Source: Eremomyces bilateralis CBS 781.70
Lineage: Eukaryota
Strand: one strand, 5' to 3'
Assembly (NCBI GenBank): GCA_010015585.1
Contig: ML975179.1
Length of the DNA stretch: 64,000 bases
Shown here: positions 63,808 through 64,000 of the stretch, piece after piece
Layout: every line of letters starts with the position of its first letter
How positions within the stretch are numbered: the first letter of the stretch is position 1
Notes under the pieces: generated by a model
Databases searched by the model: none
Told to the model about the DNA's origin: nothing
Seen by the model: the letters and a program-made list of their open reading frames with translations, nothing else
Position numbers and translations under genes: made by a program

Positions 63808-64000
63808 GAGAGGTAATGATTATGATAGGGGATTACATGGCAACGGGATAGGGACTCGGGGGCAGGAAAACTGGCGATGGCAATAAGCATCCCATACATA
63901 ATCAAGATAGTTGTTCCGTTCGCAGTGCATTTCCTGCCAAGGGAAAGGTTGCATTCAGAGACTCGGGGTTCCCCGATTCATTATTTGCATAACATACATT

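Overview
A 64 kb gene-dense stretch of a filamentous ascomycete (Pezizomycotina) nuclear genome, judged from short GT-AG introns with CTRAC branch points and the gene content. Most of it is conserved intron-containing housekeeping genes: ferric reductase, beta-alanine synthase-type M20 hydrolase, Zn-ADH, RAD7, a PRR1-like kinase, a BIRC6-like E2, PFS2, an Stc1-domain protein, RPS10, SDE2, dynactin p150, DPH1, ESS1/PIN1, an aldo-keto reductase, RPB9, MRPL38/uL14m and SET9. Accessory material includes an Ada-type alkylation sensor divergent from a disrupted NOV/sacsin-type GHKL-ATPase with a C-terminal nuclease-like domain (1.5-8.2 kb), a RecQ-helicase relic, a full-length Fot1/pogo transposon with TIRs and TA target duplication, and a MITE-like inverted repeat. 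The most notable observation is in RPB9: its unusually long intron 2 holds an in-frame open extension encoding a different CxxC-x6-CxxC zinc-ribbon-like C-terminus with its own stop codon and a candidate poly(A) signal, suggesting a second Rpb9 isoform. All calls come from manual reading and motif recognition; no searches were run, and exon boundaries are manual predictions.
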